A stretch of DNA of 63,341 nt, filler included, from Octopus bimaculoides (GCF_001194135.2; 4 parts of 4 records of this genome joined end to end with filler, not necessarily neighbours in it), one strand, 5' to 3'. Shown: positions 14,621 to 26,828, numbered from the whole stretch's first letter. Numbers and translations are program-made. Notes: generated by a model not told the origin, from the letters alone.

Positions 14621-16393
14621 TACGATAAAATATTGAAATCTTGTTTGGGGGATTTAATCATAGATATGGAAGGACTTTCGGGAAAAAAAGACACACTAGC
14701 TTGGATAAAGTTCTTGAAGTTGTAACTGTCTAATTCAATTTCTATTTACTGTTTCTGTGGTGTCAACTGTAAAATGGTACACTAAAAGATATCATAGTCA
14801 AGATAACTATGGAAAATGTATGTCGACGATATAGATTTTTAACATTTTCTGCTGGTTAAAAAATAAAGAGCCCATGACATTTTTCAGTGATGCTGGGATT
14901 GGTGGAAATTAAGGAAGTTAACATGTGACCTGAAACCTGGCTCGAATGCTTACAAGAGCGTGAATTTCTCTGAAGAAATACATGATTCTGAGAGTGATGT
15001 TAAACTGAGCTACTGTGTAACTTTACCACACAAAGGCAGGATTTGTTTATTCGACAGTCATTGAAGCATCATCCGTTTATGAAATTTAACCCACAAACCT
15101 TTAGTCCACCCGAAGCAATTATAGAAGCCACAGTGACAACTTCGAAACTCTACAGTTTACGAAACAAACGTCTTAACTATACTATCATAGTTATACCTTC
15201 ATAACCACGGTCTTATATTATATAGCTACGAGACCAAAACTGTGCTACGAAGCGAACTTCGTCAACTCATAGCCATGAATGTGCCATCTTAATCATACTG
15301 TCATATTTGTCTAGACACTAAAATATATTCAATCTCGCCTTATTTAGTTAAACAAAGCAGCTATTTTTACATACTTCCTTGCTACACTGAGGTGTCTCAA
15401 ATGCTGTCACTTCACCTCTTCTGTGCAAACAGTTAAACGAATTTTCTGTAATAAGGTGCCAGATTTATGATATTGTTTTTATAGTAAGAGTACATAACAT
15501 TCCTAAACTTCTAAACTCTTGCGTAGAATTTTCTTCCCGTTATGTTTGTTTTTTACATTTTTATCTTATTTATTTTTAACAACTTCTCACGGATGAGAAC
15601 ACAATGAACCTGAACAGATAACTACCATGTACCATAGAAAATAAAGATCATGTTTAAAAGATAGTGGGAAAATCTTCTTCCATAAATATATCCCAAGCTG
15701 CAGTTATCTATTCATACATAATAGATTCCCATAATATTATATTCAAGTCATTCTGCTTTTCGGCTGTTATATCGTTAATCGTTTCTTTCAGAAACCATGC
15801 CTCTATCTTAGGAATACACATACACATAAAAAGACCAACAAATATATTATATATGGAGATTTAAGCAAACCATTTTTCCTCTCTGTCTCACACACTCCCT
15901 CTCTCTTTCTCTCTCTATTTCTTTCTGTACGTCTGTCTGTATTTCTCTCTCTCTCTCCCCTCTCTCTCTCTCTCTGAAAATATATTCTTTTGTGGATTAT
16001 GAAGGATATCGATTTTCAATGTTTTTTTTTCTTCATATAACAGTTTTTTTTTTCTACCTCTGAAGAAAGAAATATATTTATTTGCGAGAATAAAGATATA
16101 GCTGACTTGAAATTTAATTATAAGGAATACAAAAAAATAACGTGTAGTAAGAGCAAAACCCTCGATTAGGAAGTTTCGGTAGATCGTGGACGCTGGAAGA
16201 AGATTGCAATCTTGGCATGGATTGTATTGACTAAAATTGTCTCTAACTCAAATGCGCTGATAATTTAATTATCTATCCATACTGAAACAAACAATCATTG
16301 CCATTTCATATCCACCTCGTTTTTACACGGAAAGAAAAAAGTATTATTGTCCTTTTCTAAGTTATTTCTAAAAATTCAAATGTAAACTTTTCG

Positions 16394-16455
16394 TTGCTGC
16401 TGCTGCTGCTGCTGTTGTTGTTGTTGTTGTTGTTGTTGTTCTTCTTCTTCTTCTT

Positions 16456-16486
<31 letters not shown>
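16394..16486. repeat. (GCT)n(GTT)n(CTT)n compound trinucleotide repeat
   Basis: Direct reading. Confidence 0.95.
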
Positions 16487-16488
<2 letters not shown>

Positions 16489-16612
16489 GCTGCAGTTGCT
16501 GCTGTCGTTTGTCACTGGGTCACTCACGAATGAAGAGACAAAAAAGCGAAGACATTAAAAAAACGTGATCATTTACACTTTTCGGTAATAATTCTCGTGC
16601 ATATAAAATATG

Positions 16613-16712
16613 NNNNNNNNNNNNNNNNNNNNNNNNNNNNNNNNNNNNNNNNNNNNTTAATTAATTAANNNNNNNNNNNNNNNNNNNNNNNNNNNNNNNN
16701 NNNNNNNNNNNN
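16613..16712. other. Artificial scaffold-join spacer (44N-TTAATTAATTAA-44N)
   Basis: Exactly 100 bp and identical at 34055 and 43882. TTAATTAATTAA places stops in all six frames. Confidence 0.9.
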
Positions 16713-16869
16713 GTCACTATAGTAACTCAATAACTGATCAGGGCTGGAGAATTTTGTTTTTGTTTGTCTATATGTCAATCGAAAACCGAGTTATGGTGGT
16801 TCGTATGTTGCTAGTGTTTATATATATATATATATAATCAAAAAAAGCAACACGGATTTTAAAGGTTAT

Positions 16870-16957
16870 TGCAGTACGCACGTTTCATGCTACTCCATTT
16901 ATTTAAGTAATGCGAGCATTACATTGAATGCAAAATGCAGAGCAATCTTCAGCTGCA
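16870..16957 (-). ncRNA. Candidate minimal type I hammerhead ribozyme (Penelope-like terminus)
   Basis: UGCAG-CUGAAGA-UUGCU...AGCAU-GAAA-CG-UG-CGUA-CUGCA. Stem I is UGCAG/CUGCA, stem III is ACG/CGU and the site is GUA. Confidence 0.5.
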
Positions 16958-19413
16958 CAAAGATATAGAAAATTTTCTGAAAACTTCAGCAGAATGGACA
17001 TATTACTATTGTGGCAACATTTAAAATCTAAGTGGGAATAAGAATACATAAAAGAACCATCTTGACATAGCCAAGGCTACGCAATGGAATAGGGATTTTA
17101 AATCCGGGCAGATATCTCATGAGCACTCTGGTAAAATCCAGACTTCGCTAGTTACATCAAATGACAGAAAACATTTAGAATCGTTTAGAATGAACAATTA
17201 AACTATGCTTCCTTTGACTGCTAGATCCTGACGTCGCTTCAATGGATTTCATGAAGGATACAGAGAATATCATCAAGACATAATAATGAAAATTGGGGAG
17301 TTATACGTCTTCAAAATATATTTATTAAGAAGCATTTTCTTTATATTACATTCCGACACGTGTTTCTGCTAAATAAGTGTCTTAGGATCCTTTGATATAA
17401 TAGTTTTGTGCATTTAGTCGTTTTATATTAAATCAATTATAGTACACGTTCAAATCCAAACCTTAACAATCCTATACAGCTTACTCGGTATATGTTCCAT
17501 ACGGGTGGGTGAAGCGCGAACTGAAGATTCAAGTATTAAACATAAGTTCCTAAAATACACTCTTGCTGAGGGAATATAAAACATTAGGTAAAAGACAGTG
17601 GAGATAGCAGTATATGATAATATATCCCGATCCATTTAAGGTGCCTCCTTCTAAGAGTAATTATCTGTTTCCATAATATCTGTAATGGTCATTACGCTTA
17701 AATAAAACCAGTACTATGTACATATCGTGTCTGATAGGAAATCTTTTACATGTTTATCCAAAATGTACAATTTTGTAATTCCTATTAGCAAATGAAACAT
17801 GTGTAGTGAAGAATAAATGATATTTTCTAGCTTCTTGTCTTGATATATAATATGTCTGCAAACAATATTTCCAAAATTTTCAACTCTAATATGATAGGTA
17901 CCTCACATAACTATAACAACTAGATTGTAATGCTGGATTGTAATACTGAAATATGCAGATGTGCTTCAAGACAACACAGCTTGGACATTAACCCTACCTA
18001 CATTATATACATGTGTGTGTGCGTGTGTATGTGTATAAATATATATATGTATGTATATATATATATATATATATNNNNNNNNNNNNNNNNNNNNNNNNNN
18101 NNNNNNNNNNNNNNNNNNNNNNNNNNNNNNNNNNNNNNNNNNNNNNNNNNNNNNNNNNNNNNNNNNNNNNNNNNNNNNNNNNNNNNNNNNNNNNNNNNNN
18201 NNNNNNNNNNNNNNNNNNNNNNNNNNNNNNNNNNNNNNNNNNNNNNNNNNNNNNNNNNNNNNNNNNNNNNNNNNNNNNNNNNNNNNNNNNNNNNNNNNNN
18301 NNNNNNNNNNNNNNNNNNNNNNNNNNNNNNNNNNNNNNNNNNNNNNNNNNNNNNNNNNNNNNNNNNNNNNNNNNNNNNNNNNNNNNNNNNNNNNNNNNNN
18401 NNNNNNNNNNNNNNNNNNNNNNNNNNNNNNNNNNNNNNNNNNNNNNNNNNNNNNNNNNNNNNNNNNNNNNNNNNNNNNNNNNNNNNNNNNNNNNNNNNNN
18501 NNNNNNNNNNNNNNNNNNNNNNNNNNNNNNNNNNNNNNNNNNNNNNNNNNNNNNNNNNNNNNNNNNNNNNNNNNNNNNNNNNNNNNNNNNNNNNNNNNNN
18601 NNNNNNNNNNNNNNNNNNNNNNNNNNNNNNNNNNNNNNNNNNNNNNNNNNNNNNNNNNNNNNNNNNNNNNNNNNNNNNNNNNNNNNNNNNNNNNNNCATT
18701 AAAAAGCCGTATGGCCAAACGCGAATCAGATGTTGAACGCTAGTGATATGACGAAGCTGGACAGAGAAAAAACAGTTCGTCTCGCCTTCATAGTGGCTGG
18801 ACCGGTCTTTCTTTATTCCTGGATGCGCTACTGTATGTATGCGGGTGTATATTCATCTATCTATCTATGAATCTGACTGTGAGAGTGTATATATGCGTTT
18901 GTTTGGGAGAGTGCGCGTATGTAGACGCGCTTGCACACCGACATCTAGTCTCCGTGTACGTATGTGTATATGTCAGTGTACGTGTATGTATGTATTAGGG
19001 TCTGTGCATTCTGTTGTGTGTCTATGTATACGTGCAGTATGTTTTGTGTGTGTGTTTGTGTGTGTGTGTGTACATGTCTATGTACATGTATAACATTGTG
19101 TGTATATGTATATATTATGTACTTCCGACTACGTGATTTTGACTATGTATGAGTTGACCTCTGTGTGTGTGTCTGTGTCTGTGTCTGTGTGTGTTCGTGT
19201 GTGAGCGTGTGTGTGTGTGTGCGTCCATGTGCGTGTGTTTGGGTGCGTGTGTGTTCCTAGCCATCTTCACAGCCTGTATTTACTAGTATCATGCTATGAT
19301 GGATACTACAAGGAGACACCCAGCTCCATCACTTCCTCAAATACTTCAATATCTCACGTCTTAACCCTGATTCCGTTTTCACTCATCACACCATTGTTAT
19401 TGAACAGATATAT

Positions 19414-19460
<47 letters not shown>

Positions 19461-19841
19461 ATATATATTTGAAAAGAATTAATGGAAATGGCTTTTATGA
19501 TCATTTTTCCACTCTAATAATTAAATGTTTATAAGTAATTATTAAAGTGGAAAAATAATCAGAAAAGCCATTTTTATNNNNNNNNNNAAGCCATTTTTAT
19601 TCATTTTTTCAAATATATAATACTGTACCAAAGATTTTCTATTTCTTATTCTACTACATGCATACATACATACATGCATACATACATACATTCATACATA
19701 CACGCACGCACGCACGCACACACACACACACACACACACACAGAATTAAGCACATAAGTGCAAAACAAGGTGGAAAAAATAGTACTTGAATACCAAAAGT
19801 TAAGTAATATACTTTTTATAAAAGCTGCAAAATTACCTCAG

Positions 19842-19883
19842 AACCCTTACTCAGAATTTCACGTTCCCGTTCGTCGGACAATT
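19842..19883 (-). ncRNA. Degenerate minimal hammerhead-like motif
   Basis: AAUUGU-CCGACGA-ACG-GGAA-CGU-GAAA-UUCUGAGUA-AGGGUU. The core has C at position 4 and stem I has a mismatch. Confidence 0.35.
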
Positions 19884-20246
19884 GTGATAAATATTTATCT
19901 GTTCTGTGATAATTTTGCAGTTTATATGTGTGTGTGTGTGTGTGTGTGTGTATACACGCATATTATTTATAATTTTCAATTTTATCGTTTTTGAAATCAG
20001 TGTATGATCTTAACGGAAATTTTATAAGCTAAAAAAGCAAGATGAGTTTAACCCTTGGCGTGGTGAGGGTCACTGATGAGTGTTAAGATGCATTAAGCAT
20101 CAGAACGCGAAATCATCGATGATCTGGCTGCGTCTGCGACCATAACGAGCTTGTCTCCCTTGTCAAGTCATGAAAATAGTGCTTTTGTTGGCTATTGGGT
20201 GGTTTTGACTCTTATTTCTAGCAATACTAGTACTGGTAAATATATA

Positions 20247-20640
20247 CAGGGTGCGTAAGATATTTGAGGACAGATTTATGTTTTTTTTAAAAAAAAACAA
20301 ATATAATGACAGATAAAATCTTTATTTATCAAAAAATGCTATGAGAATAAAAATAAACCTTTTCTATAATGTTATTCAATAAAGCTTCAACAAGTGTTTC
20401 TATATGAGATCCAAATTATGCTTGAATCAAGTAGTCCTGGTTCATTTTGGACATTACACTGACTATGGCAGCTTTCAAAGAATCTTTGGTGTTATGGACG
20501 TCTTTATTGACCTCTCTTTCAACAACGTTCCACATGTAATAGTCCAATGGATTGAGATCTGGGGAATTAGGAGGCCAAATGTTAGGGGTTATGTGATCAT
20601 GAAAATTTTCAGCCATCCATTCTTGTGTTACTAGAGCCAT
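20247..20640 (-). mobile_element. Tc1/mariner (ITm, maT-like) 3' fragment with one terminus
   Basis: ORF 20416-20640 contains WPPNSPDLNPLDYYMWNVVE. TA followed by CAGGGTG at 20245-20253. The other end is cut by (GATA)n at ~20644. Confidence 0.8.
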
Positions 20641-20644
20641 GTGT

Positions 20645-20700
<56 letters not shown>

Positions 20701-20859
20701 CGATGGGCTTTTTTTTCAGTTTCCGTCTACCACATCCACTCACAAGGCTTTGGTCGGGCCGAAGTTATAGTACAAGACACAAGCTGCATGCAGTGAGATT
20801 GAATTCGAAACCAGGTGGTTGGGAAGCAAATTTCTTACTACACAGACAAGCCTGCGCCT
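20701..20859 (-). mobile_element. tRNA-derived SINE family C, head portion
   Basis: CAGTTTCCGTCTACCACATCCACTCACAAGGCTTTGGTCGG...GGTTGGGAAGCAA...CCTGCGCCT, matching 29221-29642. Confidence 0.8.
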
Positions 20860-20919
20860 TACTTGGCAAAGAAATAAAAGTTATTTGAATGCGAACTCTG
20901 ATCGCTTCATTAATGATTT

Positions 20920-21127
20920 CTAAGTTTGACACAAGTCAACAAATTTAGAAGTGGGTAAATCGATTACATCGACTCCAGTGCTCGACTGGTACTTATTTTA
21001 TCGACCCCGAAAGGATGAAAGTAAAATCAACTTAGATTGAGCCATTGAACTCAGTACGTAAAGCCGGAAAAAATGCTTCTGAGCATTTTGTGCAACGTGC
21101 TAACTATTCTGCCAGCCAGGCACCTTG
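20920..21127 (-). mobile_element. SINE family A
   Basis: CTGGTACTTATTTTATCGACCCCGAAAGGATGAAAG and CTATTCTGCCAGCC. Confidence 0.8.
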
Positions 21128-21179
21128 TTCGATCTCCCCATTAATGAGGGAGCGGATCTGATAGTTCACTAGGGAGATC

Positions 21180-21310
21180 CTTCCGAGATCGACTTTGCCT
21201 TTCATCCTTTTGGGGTCGATAAAATAAGTACCAGTTGAGTACTAGGGTAAATGTAATCGACTTAAACCCTCCCCCGAAATTACTGGTCTTGTGCCAAAAT
21301 TTGAAATCAA
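21180..21310 (+). mobile_element. SINE family A, 5'-truncated, inverted relative to 20920-21127
   Basis: GATCGACTTTGCCTTTCATCCTTTTGGGGTCGATAAAATAAGTACCAG...TTGTGCCAAAATTTGAAATC. Confidence 0.8.
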
Positions 21311-21981
21311 TATTTGGGAGGGAGGATATTTGTCTTACGGTATCTGATGAGCTCAAACACAATCTCATTTCATTGACCAACGGGATCCAGCTGACGATGA
21401 TAGGGTCCAATGTTAGCATGGGCAATATCATCATCAATAGGAAGAGTAAACCCTGCACAGAGTGGAATAAATACAAGGACAGGTAGAAATAAATATTTCA
21501 CGTATCCTCTNNNNNNNNNNNNNNNNNNNNNNNNNNNNNNNNNNNNNNNNNNNNNNNNNNNNNNNNNNNNNNNNNNNNNNNNNNNNNNNNNNNNNNNNNN
21601 NNNNNNNNNNNNNNNNNNNNNNNNNNNNNNNNNNNNNNNNNNNNNNNNNNNNNNNNNNNNNNNNNNNNNNNNNNNNNNNNNNNNNNNNNNNNNNNNNNNN
21701 NNNNNNNNNNNNNNNNNNNNNNNNNNNNNNNNNNNNNNNNNNNNNNNNNNNNNNNNNNNNNNNNNNNNNNNNNNNNNNNNNGTCACCTTTATTGAACTGA
21801 AAATGTCTGACTGTGACAGACCAGCAGTACTTAGCTTTGCTTCAAACTGCTTTACTTTAACATTACAAATACTGGTCGAAACTGCAGAGTTGCCATATTT
21901 ATTTATAGAAAACACTTCACACCACCAAATTAGGTTGTGACTAACTGGCTGACTGACTGACTATCATTATTAATATTGCTA

Positions 21982-22054
<73 letters not shown>

Positions 22055-23620
22055 TACAGTATTTGCCGGATCTAAAAAATGATATCGACACCAGTCTCAG
22101 CTTGATCTCAGACAATTCTAATGTAACAGCCACCACTTTTCATTGTTCAGCAACATAGAGTATTCTTAGTCCTAAATCTCTGGAACATACAAGAAAATAA
22201 TTTTGTATACATCACATATATATACATATATAGATAAATCTATCTATCTATATATATAACTTCAGAAATCAGGTATGTTCAAATAATTATCTTTTGATTT
22301 CAACACCTTCTAGAAAAGTTTTTTTTTTACTTTAACTGAAAGATTCAACGTGTACGTAAGTGTAGCTGTGTGCATATGTGTAGCTCTGTGTGTGTATGTG
22401 TGTGTGCGTGTGTGTAATATTTTTTTTAATCATTTGAGTCATTGAACCCTGAAGTATGACATTTCATTATATTGATCCCAGTACTCAATGTGGTATTAAT
22501 TTTATCGATCTCTATCAATCGAAACGCTATGCCAATGTGTTTCAGTAGTATTCTGCCGACTCATCAATGATTAGGGGTCGTTTTAACTTCATTTTTCATG
22601 TTGTTATAGTTGTTATTGTTGTTACTGCTGCTACTGTTGTTGTTGATGTTGTTTTGTTGTTTACCCCCAGGTCAGACTTATCATCGATGTTATTCAAACT
22701 ATCTGGAACTACAGTTTAAAATGTATCCTTCCCGTTTTAAGATGGTAGCAAATATTTCAAGAGCAATTTGCCTGTTATTTCTAACAGGTAGAGTTATCGC
22801 ACCCATTCGTTAACTTATATTTAGTTAACTAATTATATGATATGTGAGAGAAAAAGAGGGCGAGAGAGTTAAAATAGAACAACACATCTGTAAAACTAAT
22901 ACATTACAGTTTCATCCAAGTCGTCTAGTAGTTAAAATTCTGCGTTCAACGAATTCTGTATTACATTTTGAACGATACATTGATAAGTAACAAATTACAG
23001 GTATATGTATCTGTTTGTGTATTATGGATCATTTTGTTCCCTTCCTCATCGTTTTCGTTTTTTAGTGTCTATCTTAGCCGTTCGTCTGTCAGTTGCTGAT
23101 GTAAAGACAAAATTCGTCTTCCATATTTCTGTTTCTATTTTTCAGCGTTTATGATGGTCATCCATCAACCAAAAGTAAGGTATTAAAGTAAAAGACAAAA
23201 GACTGTTTATCTTTTCCTTTGTACAACATTTACTCTTAAAACCAACCTTTACCAGGCTCTGTGCAGTTTTATTATCCAAAGTATGAGAATTATCTGTTGC
23301 GTATGAGTTATTGAACGATGTTTTTCTCCAAGAATCAACCATAATGTGAATTCAGGCAGTTTGATTCAAAAACTCGAAAAACTGAAGAATCTCCATGAAA
23401 AAGAACCAATTGGAATCGTTATAAATTACTTTTCTTCACATCGTACGAGCAACTGATTCTCTTTTGTGCAATCTATTAACTGATATTTGCTGATATAGAT
23501 CATCACTACTTATTGTTTGTATATTTTTTAGTGTAGTGGTTTTGTTTCAGCTAATATATATTGGCATATCTCATGATTAATCCATAGGTACCTTCTTTCT
23601 CCTCTGTTTTTGCTTTACTA

Positions 23621-24890
23621 TCAGGTCATCCCATAAGTTCTGTCCGATTTTACCTTTCTTTTTAAATTGAATGAAATTTGATAGTATTTTAGAATGTCTA
23701 ATGGATTTTAAAATTATCTTCATGCATTTGTGTACATTTAAACTAATTAAATATTATTTTACAGAATAATAGAATTAAAATTTCTTTGATTAAAACCCTT
23801 TCTAACATGGAAGTATCCAAAGAGCATTTGAGGCACATAATGCTTTATGAGTACAAAAAAGGAAACTCTGCAGCCGAAGCAACTCGAAACATATACTCAG
23901 TTTATGGGAAATAATACTTGAATGAAAAAACTTGCAGAAGATGGTTTGCAAAATTCAGAAGATGAAGATCGAACAGAACGTCCAGTTGAGTTTGATGATA
24001 AGCTCCTTGAGGCATTACTTGAAGAAACTTCTGCATTATTAGTTGAAGAATTGGCAATAAAGCTTAGTTCAAACGACACAGCTGTTCATCGTCATCTTCA
24101 ACAACTTGAAAAGGTTCCTAAACTTGGAAAATGGGTGCCTCATGAATTGTCCGAAAGCAACCGCAAATCCTGAGTTGACATCTGCTCTTCTCTCCATTCT
24201 CGCGAACTCATTTCGCCTTTTTTGGATAGACTTGTGACTGATGACGTAAAATGGATCTTCTATCGAAATGTTAAACGTCGTAAACAGTGGCTTGGTAAAA
24301 GGGAAAAAGCTCAACCACAACCGAGAAGGGAACTTAATGGGGAAAAGGTTATTCTCTCTATCTAGTGGGGTTGCAAAGGAGTAATTCACTTTGAACTGTT
24401 ACCACCTAATGCAACAATCAATGATCAAGTCTACTGTCAGCAATTAGAGCGTTTGAACCAAGCTTTGAAGAAAAAAAATATCCGCTTTAATGAATCGAAA
24501 AGGAGTGATGTTTCATCAGGACAATGCGTGACCCCACACTGCTAAGATCACATCACAGAAGATCGAAGAGCTTGGTTGGGAAAAAATTCCTCATCCATCT
24601 TATTCTCCCGACCTTGCTCCTTCAGACTACCATTTGTTTCGTAGTTTACGGAATTATTTGCGGGTATAATTTTCGCAAGCCGGGTGGAGGTCGAAACTGA
24701 CATTTCGGAGTTCTTCGGTTTGAAACTAAAAGTGTTTTACATTGATGGGATTAAAAAGCTTGTAAATAGATGAAAGAAAGTCATAGATAATCAGGGAAAG
24801 TACATTGATGATTAAATTTCATTTAAATATAACATTTGATCACTTGTTTTCTATATTCAAAATTCGGACAGAACTTATGGGATGACCTGA
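23621..24890 (+). mobile_element. Full-length mariner transposon (1270 bp) with perfect 27-bp TIRs and TA duplication
   Basis: TIR TCAGGTCATCCCATAAGTTCTGTCCGA at 23621-23647 and its exact reverse complement at 24864-24890. TA at 23619-20 and 24891-92. Confidence 0.95.
23807..24815 (+). pseudogene. Mariner transposase pseudogene
   Basis: MEVSKEHLRHIMLYEYKKGNSAAEATRNI start, then LGKWVPHEL, LVTDDVKWI, FHQDNA and PHPSYSPDLAPSDYHLFRSL. Several stops and frameshifts. Confidence 0.92.
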
Positions 24891-25012
24891 TATATTGACA
24901 CCAACTTGGCAAAGTGTGCGTTGTCCTAATACATTATGTATGTATGCTTATATATGTGTGTATTTATGTATGTATAAATGCATTTATGTTTGCGTGCATG
25001 CACGTAAGCATG

Positions 25013-25116
<104 letters not shown>

Positions 25117-25614
25117 TTTTCTGCTTTTAATTTTTGAATCTCTCACCAATGGAGAAAGAAAATGTTTCCTGCCTTCCATTGAGATTTAAATATCATCTGG
25201 GCAATCATGCATATGTACTTTTACTTGGAGATTTAAGTTTTCTCTCTTTGCAGAATTCAAGTTAGTGACTTCAGAGTGGCATGGTTCTTTTGTTTAAGTC
25301 AAGCTGTATGTATGTATAACTATATCAGTTTATGTATATTTGTGTGCACACATGTATGCATGTATATATGTATGCACATACATATGAATGTGCTCGCGCA
25401 CACGTGGTTTCGTGTATGAATGTCATTGCATTAGACGTGTTCCATGTGTGTATGAATTATTTCTTGGAGGCTTTATTTAAGTTTTTCCTTTGCAGAATTC
25501 AATCTGGTCACTAACAAAGTTTAAGTCAAGACAGTTCAGCGTGTGGATGCTTGAATTTGTTAGTGTGTGCATGTATGTTTATTTGGTCACGCGTTCGACC
25601 AAGAAACTTCAAAT

Positions 25615-26285
25615 GGAGAATCCCAAGAATGTTTTGCAAATTTTTATTGTAATACTAATCTATAATATTTGAAGAATGTAATTCAGTCAACTTTGCTCTT
25701 TCTTGGATACCCTTGCATTCCACGCTTGTATACAAATCAGTTGTTACATAGCCCGGTAATATGATAATAGGTACAAATGAACATCTATTGCAAGGATATA
25801 AGAGCTGTTGGTTTGTCAATAGTCATCCACAGTTGTTCGCCTTTTTCCCAATTTTTGATGAGACATTTAACATCCGCCTAGCCGCTGATCGCTTCATCAG
25901 AGCATCATTTTTATACCCCGTAAAAAATATCTGATCTATTGTATTTACACCGAGTTTCTGCTTTTATTGGAACATTCCACCAGTGTTCTTTATTTTTATG
26001 TGTGTATACGTTCTGGTTCTGGCGTGTCTTTGGGATCAGACCATGATTTAGTGACGATGTCACATTTCATGAAAATAATATCTTGCGGATATTTTTGGAC
26101 AGCTACTAATGATATTAGGAATATCTTCCATAATCGACATTTTCTATCACAACGTAGAAGTCTAGATGCATCCGGGTCTCTCTTGTTGATTATATATTTA
26201 GTAGATAACTACTGTTCGTGGATAGAAAATGCGTAGCCTTCTTGGCGAGATAAGATGTATTTATCGCACGTCCAGGAGAAATTAT
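25615..26285 (-). pseudogene. RLE-clade non-LTR retrotransposon C-terminal fragment (a different lineage from the 11.4 kb copy)
   Basis: Minus strand MEDIPNIISSCPKISARYYFH, KEHWWNVPIKAETRCKYNRSDI, FVPIII and terminal KICKTFLGF. Confidence 0.7.
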
Positions 26286-26336
26286 TATTCCTGTTACTAA
26301 TGTTGATATTCTTTAGTTTGCGGGATATGTATCTAT

Positions 26337-26580
26337 CTTTTATCTTTTATCATTTATCTTTTACTTGTTTCAGTCATTAAACTGCGGTCATGCTGGGACA
26401 ACCCAGGACTTATTTGTTCTAAGCTTGGTATATGTTCTATCGGACACCTTTTGCCGAACCGCTGTTTACCGGGACGTAAGCACACCAGCTTTGGTTGTCA
26501 AGCAGTGTTAGGGGATAAACAAACGCGCACACACACACACACACATACACACACACACACACATACATACATATATAAAT
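26337..26580 (-). mobile_element. SINE family C, tail portion
   Basis: TTTTACTTGTTTCAGTCATTAAACTGCGGTCATGCTGG...TTTTGCCGAACCGCT...GGTTGTCAAGC, as in 29221-29642. Confidence 0.75.
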
Positions 26581-26619
26581 ACATATATATAATATAGTTC
26601 TATATTTAAGAGATGAGGA

Positions 26620-26828
26620 ATTATGCACATTATTTACATTATTTACATTTGACGGATATTTGTCCTCATCTTGTTTGTTGTTAACACAACGTTTCGGCTG
26701 ATATACTCTCCAGCCTTCATCGGGTGTCTTGGGGGTTCTCATTCCTAAGGTATTTTTTGATGTTATTATTATTATTATTATTATTATTCAGGTCACTGCC
26801 TTGAATCGAACTCGGAATCTTGGGGTTA
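26620..26828 (-). mobile_element. Composite element: tRNA-like 3' half, (AAT)n, hammerhead-bearing segment and (AATGTAAAT)n tail
   Basis: Minus strand TAACCCCAAGATTCCGAGTTCGATTC (B box), (AAT)8, CATCAAAAAATACCTTAGGAATGAGAACCCCCAA, the hammerhead motif, then AAATGTAAATAATGTAAATAATGT. Confidence 0.55.
26683..26728 (-). ncRNA. Minimal type I hammerhead ribozyme of Penelope-like type (palindromic stem III; U4C variant)
   Basis: GACAC-CCGAUGA-A-GGCUG-GAGAGUAUAU-CAGCC-GAAAC-GUU-GUGUU. Stem II is 5 bp, stem I is 5 bp and stem III is the palindrome ACGU. Confidence 0.6.

Noticed and set aside
19564-19600. Direct repeat AAGCCATTTTTAT flanking a short N-run
   Set aside because: Typical unmerged contig overlap artefact.
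21328-21375. CTGATGAGCTCAAAC as a hammerhead core
   Set aside because: It lacks the G of GAAA and I find no stem I/III pairing.
21310-21930. Possible host exon(s) around the 21.5-21.8 kb gap
   Set aside because: Open frames on both strands, no recognisable domain and no convincing splice-site pair.
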